Positions 9,455 to 17,243 of a DNA stretch of 64,000 nucleotides are shown piece after piece. Positions within the stretch are counted from its first letter, which is position 1. Each line of letters starts with the position of its first letter. The notes beneath the pieces were generated by a model. The model saw only the letters and a program-made list of their open reading frames with translations, was not told where the DNA came from and made no database searches. Source of the stretch: Nitrospira sp. LK70 (GTDB taxonomy: Bacteria; Nitrospirota; Nitrospiria; Nitrospirales; Nitrospiraceae). A program made the translations under genes and the position numbers. The stretch lies in contig PHGD01000002.1 of assembly GCA_011090425.1 (NCBI GenBank), positions 2,643-66,642 on the forward strand, given 5' to 3'.

Positions 9455-9784
9455 TTCGCTCAACAGGGCCGGCGGGCCTCGCTCGCTCGTCGGCCTTGTC
9501 TGATCAGGCCAGTTCTCCATTACTTTTCCCACATTGATCTCTCCGATCCTGACCCAGGAGTGTGGTGGACCGTTCCACCAGCATGGTGGCACCGCGCCCG
9601 CGCCGTGCCCTCCTTCACGCACCGTCGTGTCGCCTTTGGCGGCCCGACCGTGCGGACTGTTCTCCCAGTCCATCCCATTCCCTCGCCCCCCACGGTGTGT
9701 GGCACTCCCGACAGCAACCGCGCCAGCCAACGGCCCGGAGGGCTGTCACGCTCGCACGCGTCCGTGGCCACAGATTCGGAGATG

Positions 9785-9821
9785 GTGTTGCGCCTCCTGC
9801 TGTGCGTGAGAGGCGCAACAC
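9785..9821. other. strong stem-loop (12-bp stem, 13-nt loop)
   Basis: GTGTTGCGCCTC (9785-9796) pairs perfectly with GAGGCGCAACAC (9810-9821). No U-tract follows on either strand. Confidence 0.5.
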
Positions 9822-9923
9822 ATGTTCGTGAAAGAGACCGGTGGGCCGGTCGACGCGCTGTGGCCGTTGGTCTCGGGGGTGGCTGTTCTCATGGGGAGAC
9901 AGTCCAACAGAAAGGACACGAGG

Positions 9924-10181
9924 ATGAAGAGTGTAACGATGTATCGGGCGAATGTTCGAAAGCTGAAGCGGCATCCGAATGCGATCCGGGCGGATCGAGC
10001 CGCGCAGGCGCTGGCCTACTATCGTGTGGCGGCTCTCCGGGAGCCGGGCGTCTCGGTCGACACCGTGCTGTCCGATTTTCTCTCCGACCTCCGTCATTTC
10101 TGCGATCGGGTGCACCTCCATCTCGCGAAGCTCGATCGGATGGCCCATCGCAATTATCTCACCGAGAAATATTCACGGTAG
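9924..10181 (+). CDS. hypothetical leading-region protein
   Basis: 85 aa starting from the internal ATG (MKSVTMYRANV...), with AAAGGA upstream. The longer ORF from 9822 runs into GC-rich spacer. Confidence 0.4.
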   Translation: MKSVTMYRANVRKLKRHPNAIRADRAAQALAYYRVAALREPGVSVDTVLSDFLSDLRHFCDRVHLHLAKLDRMAHRNYLTEKYSR

Positions 10182-10193
10182 GCCAACAAACGG

Positions 10194-10223
10194 GAGTCGG
10201 AACGGGAGCAGCCGTTCCGACTC
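10194..10223. other. strong stem-loop (12-bp perfect stem, 6-nt loop)
   Basis: GAGTCGGAACGG / CCGTTCCGACTC. Lies 13 nt after the stop of the 9924 ORF and 40 nt before radC. No U-tract. Confidence 0.5.
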
Positions 10224-10263
10224 TCTGACAACCAAGCATCACACAGAAGAGAAAGGCGAGAAG

Positions 10264-10785
10264 ATGACAAAGAAGATCGTATCAGGAAATCAGAACCAGC
10301 CTGGCACCACGTCAGTCTGTATCCCCCTCTATCGGTTGCAGGTGGTGAAAGAACCACACTCACCCCTCTACGGCGCACCGAAGATGTCTGATTCCTCCGA
10401 TGTGTCGAGATTTCTCCGCGCCCACTTCGAGGGGCGACCACACGAAGAGTTTCTCGTGCTGTTTCTCGACGCGAAGAACACCCCCGTCGGCTATCAGGTC
10501 GTGTCGGTTGGGAGCCTCACGCTCTCGATCGTCCATCCACGCGAGGCTTTTAAAGCTGCCGTGTGCATGAGCGCGGCGGCCGTGATTTTTGCGCATAACC
10601 ACCCTAGTGGAGATCCGACACCAAGCCTTGAGGACCGCACGTTGACGAAACGGCTCGTCAGCGCCGGAGAGTTACTCGGCATTCGGGTGCTCGATCATAT
10701 CGTGATGGGGGAGGGGCGGCATGTCTCTTTCGCCGATGAAGGATGGTTGCATGGGGAGGGGCGAGACGTCCTGTCGAACGACTGA
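10264..10785 (+). CDS. radC: RadC-like JAB-domain protein
   Basis: HPREAFKAAV...AHNHPSGDPTPSLEDRTLTKRL...GIRVLDHIV. The start is set at ATG 10264, preceded by GAAAGG. Confidence 0.85.
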   Translation: MTKKIVSGNQNQPGTTSVCIPLYRLQVVKEPHSPLYGAPKMSDSSDVSRFLRAHFEGRPHEEFLVLFLDAKNTPVGYQVVSVGSLTLSIVHPREAFKAAVCMSAAAVIFAHNHPSGDPTPSLEDRTLTKRLVSAGELLGIRVLDHIVMGEGRHVSFADEGWLHGEGRDVLSND

Positions 10786-10791
10786 TGAGCG

Positions 10792-11088
10792 ATGAACGGG
10801 AAAGTACAGACCAACAGACTTGAACAAGAACGAGAGGACAGCATCATGACACCAGACAGGATCGACGCATCACCGAATCGACATGATGGAGAGGGCTGGC
10901 ACTGCCCGGATTGCCAGAGCTGGGGCCCGTTTACCGTTGAGGTCTCCATGCGCGTGCTGGTGAGCGAGGAGGGAACGCCCTTTCGTGAAGAAGCCGGCGG
11001 CACGGACGACGACCGAGCGTTTGCGAAGTGCCACGACTGCCAGCGACAGGCCCCCGTGGCTCTCTTCGCGTGGAAGGAGCGTGACTGA
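10792..11088 (+). CDS. hypothetical zinc-ribbon-like protein
   Basis: Two Cys pairs are present: CPDC ... CHDC. Confidence 0.4.
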   Translation: MNGKVQTNRLEQEREDSIMTPDRIDASPNRHDGEGWHCPDCQSWGPFTVEVSMRVLVSEEGTPFREEAGGTDDDRAFAKCHDCQRQAPVALFAWKERD

Positions 11089-11312
11089 TGACGAAACGAG
11101 CACAACGGCGATGTGTGAGCGATCTGCTGAGCAGCATCCGTCACGACATCTATGCTGCCATCCATCAAGACCGTATTCCCTTCTCATGGAACGGCATCGA
11201 GTTGCGCGAATACATCGTGGACAAGGCCCAGCGGTCCCGCGCGGCTCATGCGCTGATGGGCCGACGGGCGCGAGACTCCCGCAACCACATCACGATCAGC
11301 GCGGGTTTGTGA
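11088..11312 (+). CDS. hypothetical protein
   Basis: 74-aa ORF whose start abuts the previous stop (TGATG). No motif recognised. Confidence 0.3.
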   Translation: MTKRAQRRCVSDLLSSIRHDIYAAIHQDRIPFSWNGIELREYIVDKAQRSRAAHALMGRRARDSRNHITISAGL

Positions 11313-11313
11313 G

Positions 11314-12204
11314 ATGACAATGGAGCACAGAAAGGAAGAAGACATGACGACCCAAGCGGAGACCATCTTTGTGAGCCCGGACGGTGACGCAGGACCACAG
11401 CAGGAACTCATTCCGAGTGTGAGCATTGTCAATCTGTTACAGCAACGGGAGGCGGTCCTGACGCTCTTTCGCGAGGCGCTCGACAAACTGGAGCAAGCTG
11501 ACGCCTTGGCAACGGCGGCACGGCTCGGATTTCCTGATCTCTGCATGGCCCGAGGGTGGCGAGGCAACGGCATCCGTGTGACGGGCGAGTATACCAACCG
11601 TACGACGCTATTGGAGACGTTTCAAGCCTGTGTCGATGCCGGCGGGTGGACCACGCTCTTACAGGATTCTGGCCTGCGGTCCATGATGTCCGCGTCAAAG
11701 AGAAAGGAGGTGGATGAGCAAATTGGAGCAGAGAAGGTGCCGGAACTCACGCGCGAGGCGATTCGCGCCACCTTTGCCACGCTCCATGACTCACGAGTGG
11801 ACATGCTCGAGCAGGGGGTGATTGAGTGTTTTCGCCACCTCTCCTGGGATTATAAGACGAATTTGCCGCAGAAATTTGGAAAGCGGATGGTGATGACGTC
11901 TCTCACGTCGTATGGCAGCGCCAACATGCGGCAGACCGATCATCTGGACGATCTCCTCCGTGTCTTTCACCTCTGTGATGGCAAGCCGGAGGCCGATCAT
12001 CGGAGAGGAGCCCATCGGCTCATTGCCGATGCGATGCAGTGGACCTCAGCGTGGCCGAAGCTTGCCGAGCATGACTATGTCGCCATTCGGCTGTTTAAAA
12101 ATCAGAACGGGCATGTGACCTTTACGCGACCGGATCTGATCCATCGGCTGAACCGAATCCTCGCCAAGCACTATCCTCACGCCTTGGCCGCGCCGAAAGA
12201 CTGA
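11314..12204 (+). CDS. DUF4942-like protein
   Basis: The C-terminal IRLFKNQNGHVTFTRPDLIHRLNRILAKHYP resembles the DUF4942 signature. That family typically occurs alongside radC and antirestriction genes. Confidence 0.7.
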   Translation: MTMEHRKEEDMTTQAETIFVSPDGDAGPQQELIPSVSIVNLLQQREAVLTLFREALDKLEQADALATAARLGFPDLCMARGWRGNGIRVTGEYTNRTTLLETFQACVDAGGWTTLLQDSGLRSMMSASKRKEVDEQIGAEKVPELTREAIRATFATLHDSRVDMLEQGVIECFRHLSWDYKTNLPQKFGKRMVMTSLTSYGSANMRQTDHLDDLLRVFHLCDGKPEADHRRGAHRLIADAMQWTSAWPKLAEHDYVAIRLFKNQNGHVTFTRPDLIHRLNRILAKHYPHALAAPKD

Positions 12205-12435
12205 GGAGGAATGGCGCTGGTGCGATGAGACCGCAGGGAGGAGGGGAGGGAATCAGGACTCTCTTTCCTTCTTTCTATCGCGTTTCCCGCCCCTCACCCA
12301 CGACGGGGCAGGGACGCCTGATTCTGAGTTCGGCGAATGAGACGCTGCAGGCGTGCCAGCCTCCTGGCCATTGGCTGGCGCGGTTGCTCGCCCCATGAGC
12401 CGCCCCACGTAAGGGCGTCGCGTTCCATCTCGGCC

Positions 12436-12475
12436 ACACGTGTATGTGGACACGTGTTACGTTACAGGCTACACT
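12436..12475 (+). promoter_or_regulatory. candidate higBA-1 promoter with two ACACGTGT operator palindromes
   Basis: ACACGTGT occurs at 12436-12443 and 12450-12457. TGGACA (12447-12452), a 17-nt spacer, then TACACT (12470-12475). The GTG start follows 6 nt later. Confidence 0.45.
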
Positions 12476-12481
12476 CTGACG

Positions 12482-12772
12482 GTGAAGATACGGAACTTTC
12501 TCCATAAAGGCTTACAACGACTCTATCTGGATGACAACGCCAAGGGCGTGCCGCCCGATACGGTGGAGAAGTTGCGGAAGATGTTCGCCTTCCTGGACGT
12601 GATGAGCGGTGTCGACGAAGTGCGCGCCCTCACCGCATGGAAACCGCACACGTTGACCGGCGACCGAAAAGGCACGGTCAGCTTGAGCGTGACGCGCAAC
12701 CGTCGCTTGACGTTCCGCGTGGATGCTGCCGAACAAGAAATCTATGACGTGAATTTAGAGGATTATCACTAA
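12482..12772 (+). CDS. higB: HigB-like (plasmid maintenance system killer) toxin
   Basis: VKIRNFLHKGLQRLYLDD...RLTFRVDAAEQEIYDVNLEDYH. GTG start. Followed by higA. Confidence 0.8.
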   Translation: MKIRNFLHKGLQRLYLDDNAKGVPPDTVEKLRKMFAFLDVMSGVDEVRALTAWKPHTLTGDRKGTVSLSVTRNRRLTFRVDAAEQEIYDVNLEDYH

Positions 12773-12789
12773 CACAGGAGCACCCGGCC

Positions 12790-13089
12790 ATGCCTATGAA
12801 GAACCCGCCGCATCCCGGCGATTTTATCCGTACCGAGATCATTCAACCGGCTGGTTTGTCCGTCACTGCTGCCGCTGCCGTGCTGGATGTCTCCCGCCCT
12901 GCCCTTTCAAATTTGTTAAACGGGAAGGCTGACCTCACCGGCGAGATGGCCTTGCGGATCGAAAAGGCCTTTGGCGTCACAATGGATACGCTGATGAAGA
13001 TGCAGTCCAATTATGACATTGCCGAGACACGCCGCCGCGAGAAGGACATTAAAGGTGTGCGGCGCTTTCATGCGGCGATGCACCCGTGA
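12790..13089 (+). CDS. higA: HigA-family antitoxin (XRE HTH)
   Basis: NPPHPGDFIRTEIIQPAGLSVTAAAAVLDVSRPALSNLLNGKADLTGEMALRIEKAFG. Confidence 0.85.
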   Translation: MPMKNPPHPGDFIRTEIIQPAGLSVTAAAAVLDVSRPALSNLLNGKADLTGEMALRIEKAFGVTMDTLMKMQSNYDIAETRRREKDIKGVRRFHAAMHP

Positions 13090-13170
13090 CCGGGTTCCTT
13101 GAATGGGAAGGCAGACAGATGAGGAGGGTTCTTCCCAAGGGTCTGATTGTGTCAGAACAGAGCGGACGTG

Positions 13171-13614
13171 TTAAGGGCGCACCGTCCAATAGACCACGAC
13201 CGCTGCAAGAAACGTCACGAGCGCGGCGAGGAGATTCAGATAGCCCAGGGCGGTGGCCCGGCGCATCCGCGTCTCAGTCTGTTCCAATACCGCGGTGACG
13301 TCCTTCCGGATCGCGCGGGCCACGTCCGTGGTGTGGGTCGCCATCTCCGCCTTCATGGTCTCCGTGCTGGCGGTCAGCGTCGCTGTCACGATCCGCTCCG
13401 CTTTAGTTTTCGTCTCCGTGCCCCATCGGTCCAACAACGCTTCGAGCGTCGTGCGATAGTCCTCGAGCATCGCCTGGTGCGCGGACCGGCTCTCGGCCAA
13501 CAACCGCATGTGGAGGGTTTGCACAATCAGAATCGGATCTTCTCGGTCTAGTGCCACGCCATGCTTCGACGCAATCTCGTGGAGTAACTTGTCGGTGGGA
13601 TCGTCGCCCATCAC
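13171..13614 (-). CDS. traM: IncP-type conjugal transfer protein TraM
   Basis: GDDPTDKLLHEIASKHGVALDREDPILIVQT parallels RP4 TraM as I remember it. C-terminal TM segment. The ATGA overlap with the traL stop indicates coupling. Confidence 0.75.
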   Translation of the reverse strand: MMGDDPTDKLLHEIASKHGVALDREDPILIVQTLHMRLLAESRSAHQAMLEDYRTTLEALLDRWGTETKTKAERIVTATLTASTETMKAEMATHTTDVARAIRKDVTAVLEQTETRMRRATALGYLNLLAALVTFLAAVVVYWTVRP

Positions 13615-14336
13615 AGCACTGGCACGGCGGAGAACTGTTCAAAGAGCTGTTTCTTGATAATCGCCAACCGTTGCCTCGTCATGATCGTGAGGGAGGGGAG
13701 GGCGATGGCCTCATCGAACGTCAGATGGGCTTGCAACATCTCACTCAGATCGCGGCCAAACGTTTCTTTTTTCAAATCCGGGAGCGGGATGATGGCGGAA
13801 ATCCGATCTTTGTGCTCCCGATAGGCCTTCATCTGCTCAAAGGATTTGCCCTCCAACTCAATCGGCCCCCAGTACGGATTCAACCAGACGACGAAGGGGA
13901 CGTCAGCCGGGAACTGACGGATGAGCTGCGTCAGACCGGTGAGCGTGTCGAGCAAGGCCTGTCCCCCGGTGACCACCGTATGCACGATCAATTGATGACC
14001 CATGTCGCGCAGCAGGGTCGGCACGTGGTTCGACAGCACATAGGCCGAGAGCGGCACGAAGGAACTCGCACCATTGTCAATCACCACATCCACTTTGGTC
14101 TTTGCCACGAGTTCAATCAGTTGATCGAAACTGCGCGGATCGATCTCGTCGTGCTGTATAATGCTCAGCCGGGACACCTTCAAGCTCTTGTACGCCTCAA
14201 ACGACGCATTGACCGGATCGGTATCGAGACAGAGCGGGCGCTTCCCTTTCCCCACCTGATACTGCGCGATGAACGCCGCTATCATGGATTTACCGACCCC
14301 GCCCTTACCTTGCACGATCAGATGAATGGCTGCCAT
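13611..14336 (-). CDS. traL: IncP-type TraL (ParA-like NTPase)
   Basis: IHLIVQGKGGVGKS...LDTDPVNASF...VVIDNGASSFVPL...VVWLNPYWGPIELEGKSFEQMKAY is near-collinear with RP4 TraL. Confidence 0.85.
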   Translation of the reverse strand: MAAIHLIVQGKGGVGKSMIAAFIAQYQVGKGKRPLCLDTDPVNASFEAYKSLKVSRLSIIQHDEIDPRSFDQLIELVAKTKVDVVIDNGASSFVPLSAYVLSNHVPTLLRDMGHQLIVHTVVTGGQALLDTLTGLTQLIRQFPADVPFVVWLNPYWGPIELEGKSFEQMKAYREHKDRISAIIPLPDLKKETFGRDLSEMLQAHLTFDEAIALPSLTIMTRQRLAIIKKQLFEQFSAVPVL

Positions 14337-14671
14337 TAGATGAGTTCCTCCTTGTTGGGAACGGGATTAAACGTAAAGCCCGTGGTTCCTTTTGCGGAGC
14401 CCGGCTCGCGCGGCAGGGATGGGGAGGTCGGTCTGGCTCTCGCGGGCGTCAGGATCAACTTATTGACGTACAGCCGAAACGCTTGATAGCTGAAGGTCAC
14501 CTTCTGTTCCGCGTGCAACGTTCGCCAAATCGTGATCACAGACCAGCCCTCGTCCAGGGCCTGGCGAATCTCCGGGAGCAACGCGAGAAAGACCGCGCGA
14601 TTACGTTCACGGGGTGACGCCGGGTGCGTCTTGACGCGCTCCGCAATCCGCGCCGACAACCGCGGTTCCAT
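14336..14671 (-). CDS. traK: IncP-type oriT-binding protein TraK
   Basis: ITIWRTLHAEQKVTFSYQAFRLYV and the C-terminal TGFTFNPVPNKEELI match the RP4 TraK pattern. Faces oriT. Confidence 0.75.
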   Translation of the reverse strand: MEPRLSARIAERVKTHPASPRERNRAVFLALLPEIRQALDEGWSVITIWRTLHAEQKVTFSYQAFRLYVNKLILTPARARPTSPSLPREPGSAKGTTGFTFNPVPNKEELI

Positions 14672-14828
14672 GCGCCTCCCTCACGACAGTCAGAACGTAC
14701 ACGATGAAACAACGCACAAACAAGCTGTAAGAACTACTTATATAGTATAAAGCGCGCTAAATCTATATTAAACAACAGTTGCCAGACATGTATGAGTCCT
14801 GTTACATAGAAGAAACATGCAGAAACGC

Positions 14829-14882
14829 AGGGCAGGATAGGTGAAGGGGGCCCACCACTGACACTGGTCGGCCACCCTTCAC
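14829..14882 (-). other. oriT nick region and adjacent inverted repeat
   Basis: The minus strand reads CTTCACCTATCCTGCCC (complement of 14830-14846), identical to the RP4 nic core as I recall it. Inverted repeat GTGAAGGG (14841-14848) / CCCTTCAC (14875-14882). Located between divergent traK and traJ. Confidence 0.75.
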
Positions 14883-14952
14883 AGGCCCCTTCTTCGCGCC
14901 TGCGCGCTCAACGGGGTTTCTATCGTTCGAGGTTGAAGACCACAGACGACGC

Positions 14953-15372
14953 ATGACACCACGGCAGAAAACCAATCGCAAAGACTTCCAACCGATCAAA
15001 GTCTATTGTTTTCCGGACGAGCGGGAGTCCATCGAGCAGCAAGCCCGTTCGACCGGATTGAGCAAGTCGTCCTATCTGTTGCAAGTCGGCATGGGTTATC
15101 CCATTCGCAGCATCGTGGACCATCACCAGGTTGAAGAGTTGGTCAAGGTCAATGGGGATCTTGGGCGGCTCGGCGGACTCTTAAAATTGTGGCTCTCGAA
15201 CGGGAAGCCCATCCCGGGGATCGATGCCCGCACCATCCGCGAGACGTTGAAGAAGATCGACCGGACACAGGATCAGATGCTCGCGCTGATGCAGAAGGTC
15301 CTTCGGCCACAGGCCGAACCCATTTCAAGTATAGGCACGAGCCCACGCACACAGAAGGACGACGGCACATGA
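14953..15372 (+). CDS. traJ: relaxosome accessory protein TraJ
   Basis: PIKVYCFPDERESIEQQARSTGLSKSSYLL...VNGDLGRLGGLLKLWLS closely parallels RP4 TraJ. Confidence 0.85.
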   Translation: MTPRQKTNRKDFQPIKVYCFPDERESIEQQARSTGLSKSSYLLQVGMGYPIRSIVDHHQVEELVKVNGDLGRLGGLLKLWLSNGKPIPGIDARTIRETLKKIDRTQDQMLALMQKVLRPQAEPISSIGTSPRTQKDDGT

Positions 15373-17243
15373 TCATCAAGCATGTGCCGATGCGATCACT
15401 GCGGAAGAGCAATGTCGTGTCTCTCGTAGACTATCTGACGAACACTCAGGGGAGACAGGAACGGGTCGGGGAGATCACGCTGACGAACTGCCAGAGTGAC
15501 CGGCACGAAGCTGCGTCACTCGAAATGTTGAATACCCAATCGCTCAACAGACGCGCTCAATCGGATAAGACCTATCATCTCATCATCAGTTTCCGGCCTG
15601 GGGAGCTGCCCTCGGCGGCGACCGTGCGAGCGATCGAAGCCCGAGTCTGTCACCGACTGGGATTTGGTGAGCATCAACGGGTGAGTGTCTTGCACCATGA
15701 CACCAACAACGTGCATCTTCATCTGGCGATCAATAAAATCCATCCGACACGGTACACCCTCCATGAGCCGTACAACGCCTACCGGGCCTTTGGAGAACTC
15801 TGCGACAGCTTAGAGGAAGCCTTTCATCTCGAACGCGACAATCACCAGGTCCGGAAAACCGGTGGGGAGAATCGGGCGTCAGATATGGAGCGGCACGCGG
15901 GCACCGAAAGCCTCATCGGGTGGACGCAGCGGGAGTGCCTTGGCGAACTACGGTCTGCGCACAGTTGGCCAGAATTACATAAGGTCCTTTGTCAGCATGG
16001 GTTAGTGATTCAACCACGCGGCCAAGGGCTGGTGATCACGGACGGGCAGGGGACCTTTGTGCGGGCCAGCTCGGTTGCGCGGGATCTCTCGAAGGTCTCG
16101 CTCGAACGGCGTCTTGGCCGGTTCCAGCCACCCGGTCCTGTCCAGACCACGAAGCCCACACGCCGGTATGAATTGAAGCCGGTTCAGAGCCGCGTGGACA
16201 CCCAGGCGCTCTTTGAGCGGTATCAACAAGACCGGCTGGCCCGCGCTCAAGGAAGAGCCGTGGCCAGGCACGAGGCGCGAACCAACAAGGCGCGGCACAT
16301 TGATGCGGCGAAGCGAGCCGGACAGATCAAACGGGACACGATCAAACTGACCATGAGCGGACGAATCACAAAGAAGCTCCTCTACATGCGTGTGTCTCAG
16401 TCGCTTCGATCCGATATCCGTCAGATAGTCGATCGGCATCGGCGCGACTGTGTGACCATCACGGAGCGCTACAAGCGACTGACGTGGGCCGATTGGTTGC
16501 GACAACAGGCGCTCGCGGGTCATACAGAGGCGCTGCGTGCGTTGCGCGCCCAGGACGCCGCACGCGGTCTGACCGGTGACACGATCACGGCGGTCGGAAC
16601 CAGACTCGTTGACGCGGTTGTTGGCGCGAAGCAAGACCACATTACAAAACAAGGCACCATCATTTATCGGGTCGGGCTCTCGGCCGTCCGCGACGACGGG
16701 ACACGCTTACAGGTTTCGCGTGAAGTGACGAATGAGGGGATCGACGCGGCGCTCCGGCTCGCCGTCCAAAAATACGGCACCACGATTGCGGTCTCCGGGT
16801 CTGATGACTTCAAAACTCGTGTGGCACAGGTGGCCGCTCATTCCCATCTCACCATTCGGTTCGATGACCCGATAGTGGAGCACCAGCGCCAACGTTACGG
16901 GCGGGACTCGCAACGTCCACCCATACAGGATACCGCGACACCTCTCACCTCGCCGAGCGATGCCGTGCTCCGCCATCTTGCGGAACAGGAACGAAAACGG
17001 TTACAGATCATTCGGACGCCGACCCTCAGACGGTTCGAGGAGCGAGACCAAGGGATGGTGCGATTTGGGGCTGTAGAGAAGATCGAGGGGAAATATTTTG
17101 CCCTGGTGCACCGGCAGGACGAAATCTTAGTGCTGTCCATCGATGACGCAACATACGGACGATTCGCCTCATTGAAACGAGGGCAGTCCATACGCGTGTC
17201 TGCTCGAGGAACGATCACGCTGGGGAGAGGGCGTAGGCGATGA
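15369..17243 (+). CDS. traI: MOB-P relaxase TraI
   Basis: MIIKHVPMR N-terminus and histidine triad VLHHDTNNVHLHLAINKI. Start ATG 15369 overlaps the traJ stop (ATGA). The ORF-track start at 15189 is probably too early. Confidence 0.9.
   Translation: MIIKHVPMRSLRKSNVVSLVDYLTNTQGRQERVGEITLTNCQSDRHEAASLEMLNTQSLNRRAQSDKTYHLIISFRPGELPSAATVRAIEARVCHRLGFGEHQRVSVLHHDTNNVHLHLAINKIHPTRYTLHEPYNAYRAFGELCDSLEEAFHLERDNHQVRKTGGENRASDMERHAGTESLIGWTQRECLGELRSAHSWPELHKVLCQHGLVIQPRGQGLVITDGQGTFVRASSVARDLSKVSLERRLGRFQPPGPVQTTKPTRRYELKPVQSRVDTQALFERYQQDRLARAQGRAVARHEARTNKARHIDAAKRAGQIKRDTIKLTMSGRITKKLLYMRVSQSLRSDIRQIVDRHRRDCVTITERYKRLTWADWLRQQALAGHTEALRALRAQDAARGLTGDTITAVGTRLVDAVVGAKQDHITKQGTIIYRVGLSAVRDDGTRLQVSREVTNEGIDAALRLAVQKYGTTIAVSGSDDFKTRVAQVAAHSHLTIRFDDPIVEHQRQRYGRDSQRPPIQDTATPLTSPSDAVLRHLAEQERKRLQIIRTPTLRRFEERDQGMVRFGAVEKIEGKYFALVHRQDEILVLSIDDATYGRFASLKRGQSIRVSARGTITLGRGRRR

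Noticed and set aside
9534-10228. Several overlapping 90-220-aa ORFs on both strands in the GC-rich spacer (for example 9560-10228 and 9615-10148)
   Set aside because: They have Arg/Pro/Gly/Ala-rich low-complexity translations, overlap one another, and have no RBS or motifs. I treat them as non-coding spacer plus the short 9924-10181 ORF.
13551-14339. 262-aa plus-strand ORF opposite traL/traM
   Set aside because: It is an antisense shadow. The minus strand is near-collinear with RP4 TraL and TraM.
16002-16652. 216-aa minus-strand ORF inside traI. Similar ORFs lie at 18323-18940, 24607-25056 and 25108-25650 inside the traG copies.
   Set aside because: These are antisense shadows of well-supported genes, with no motifs.
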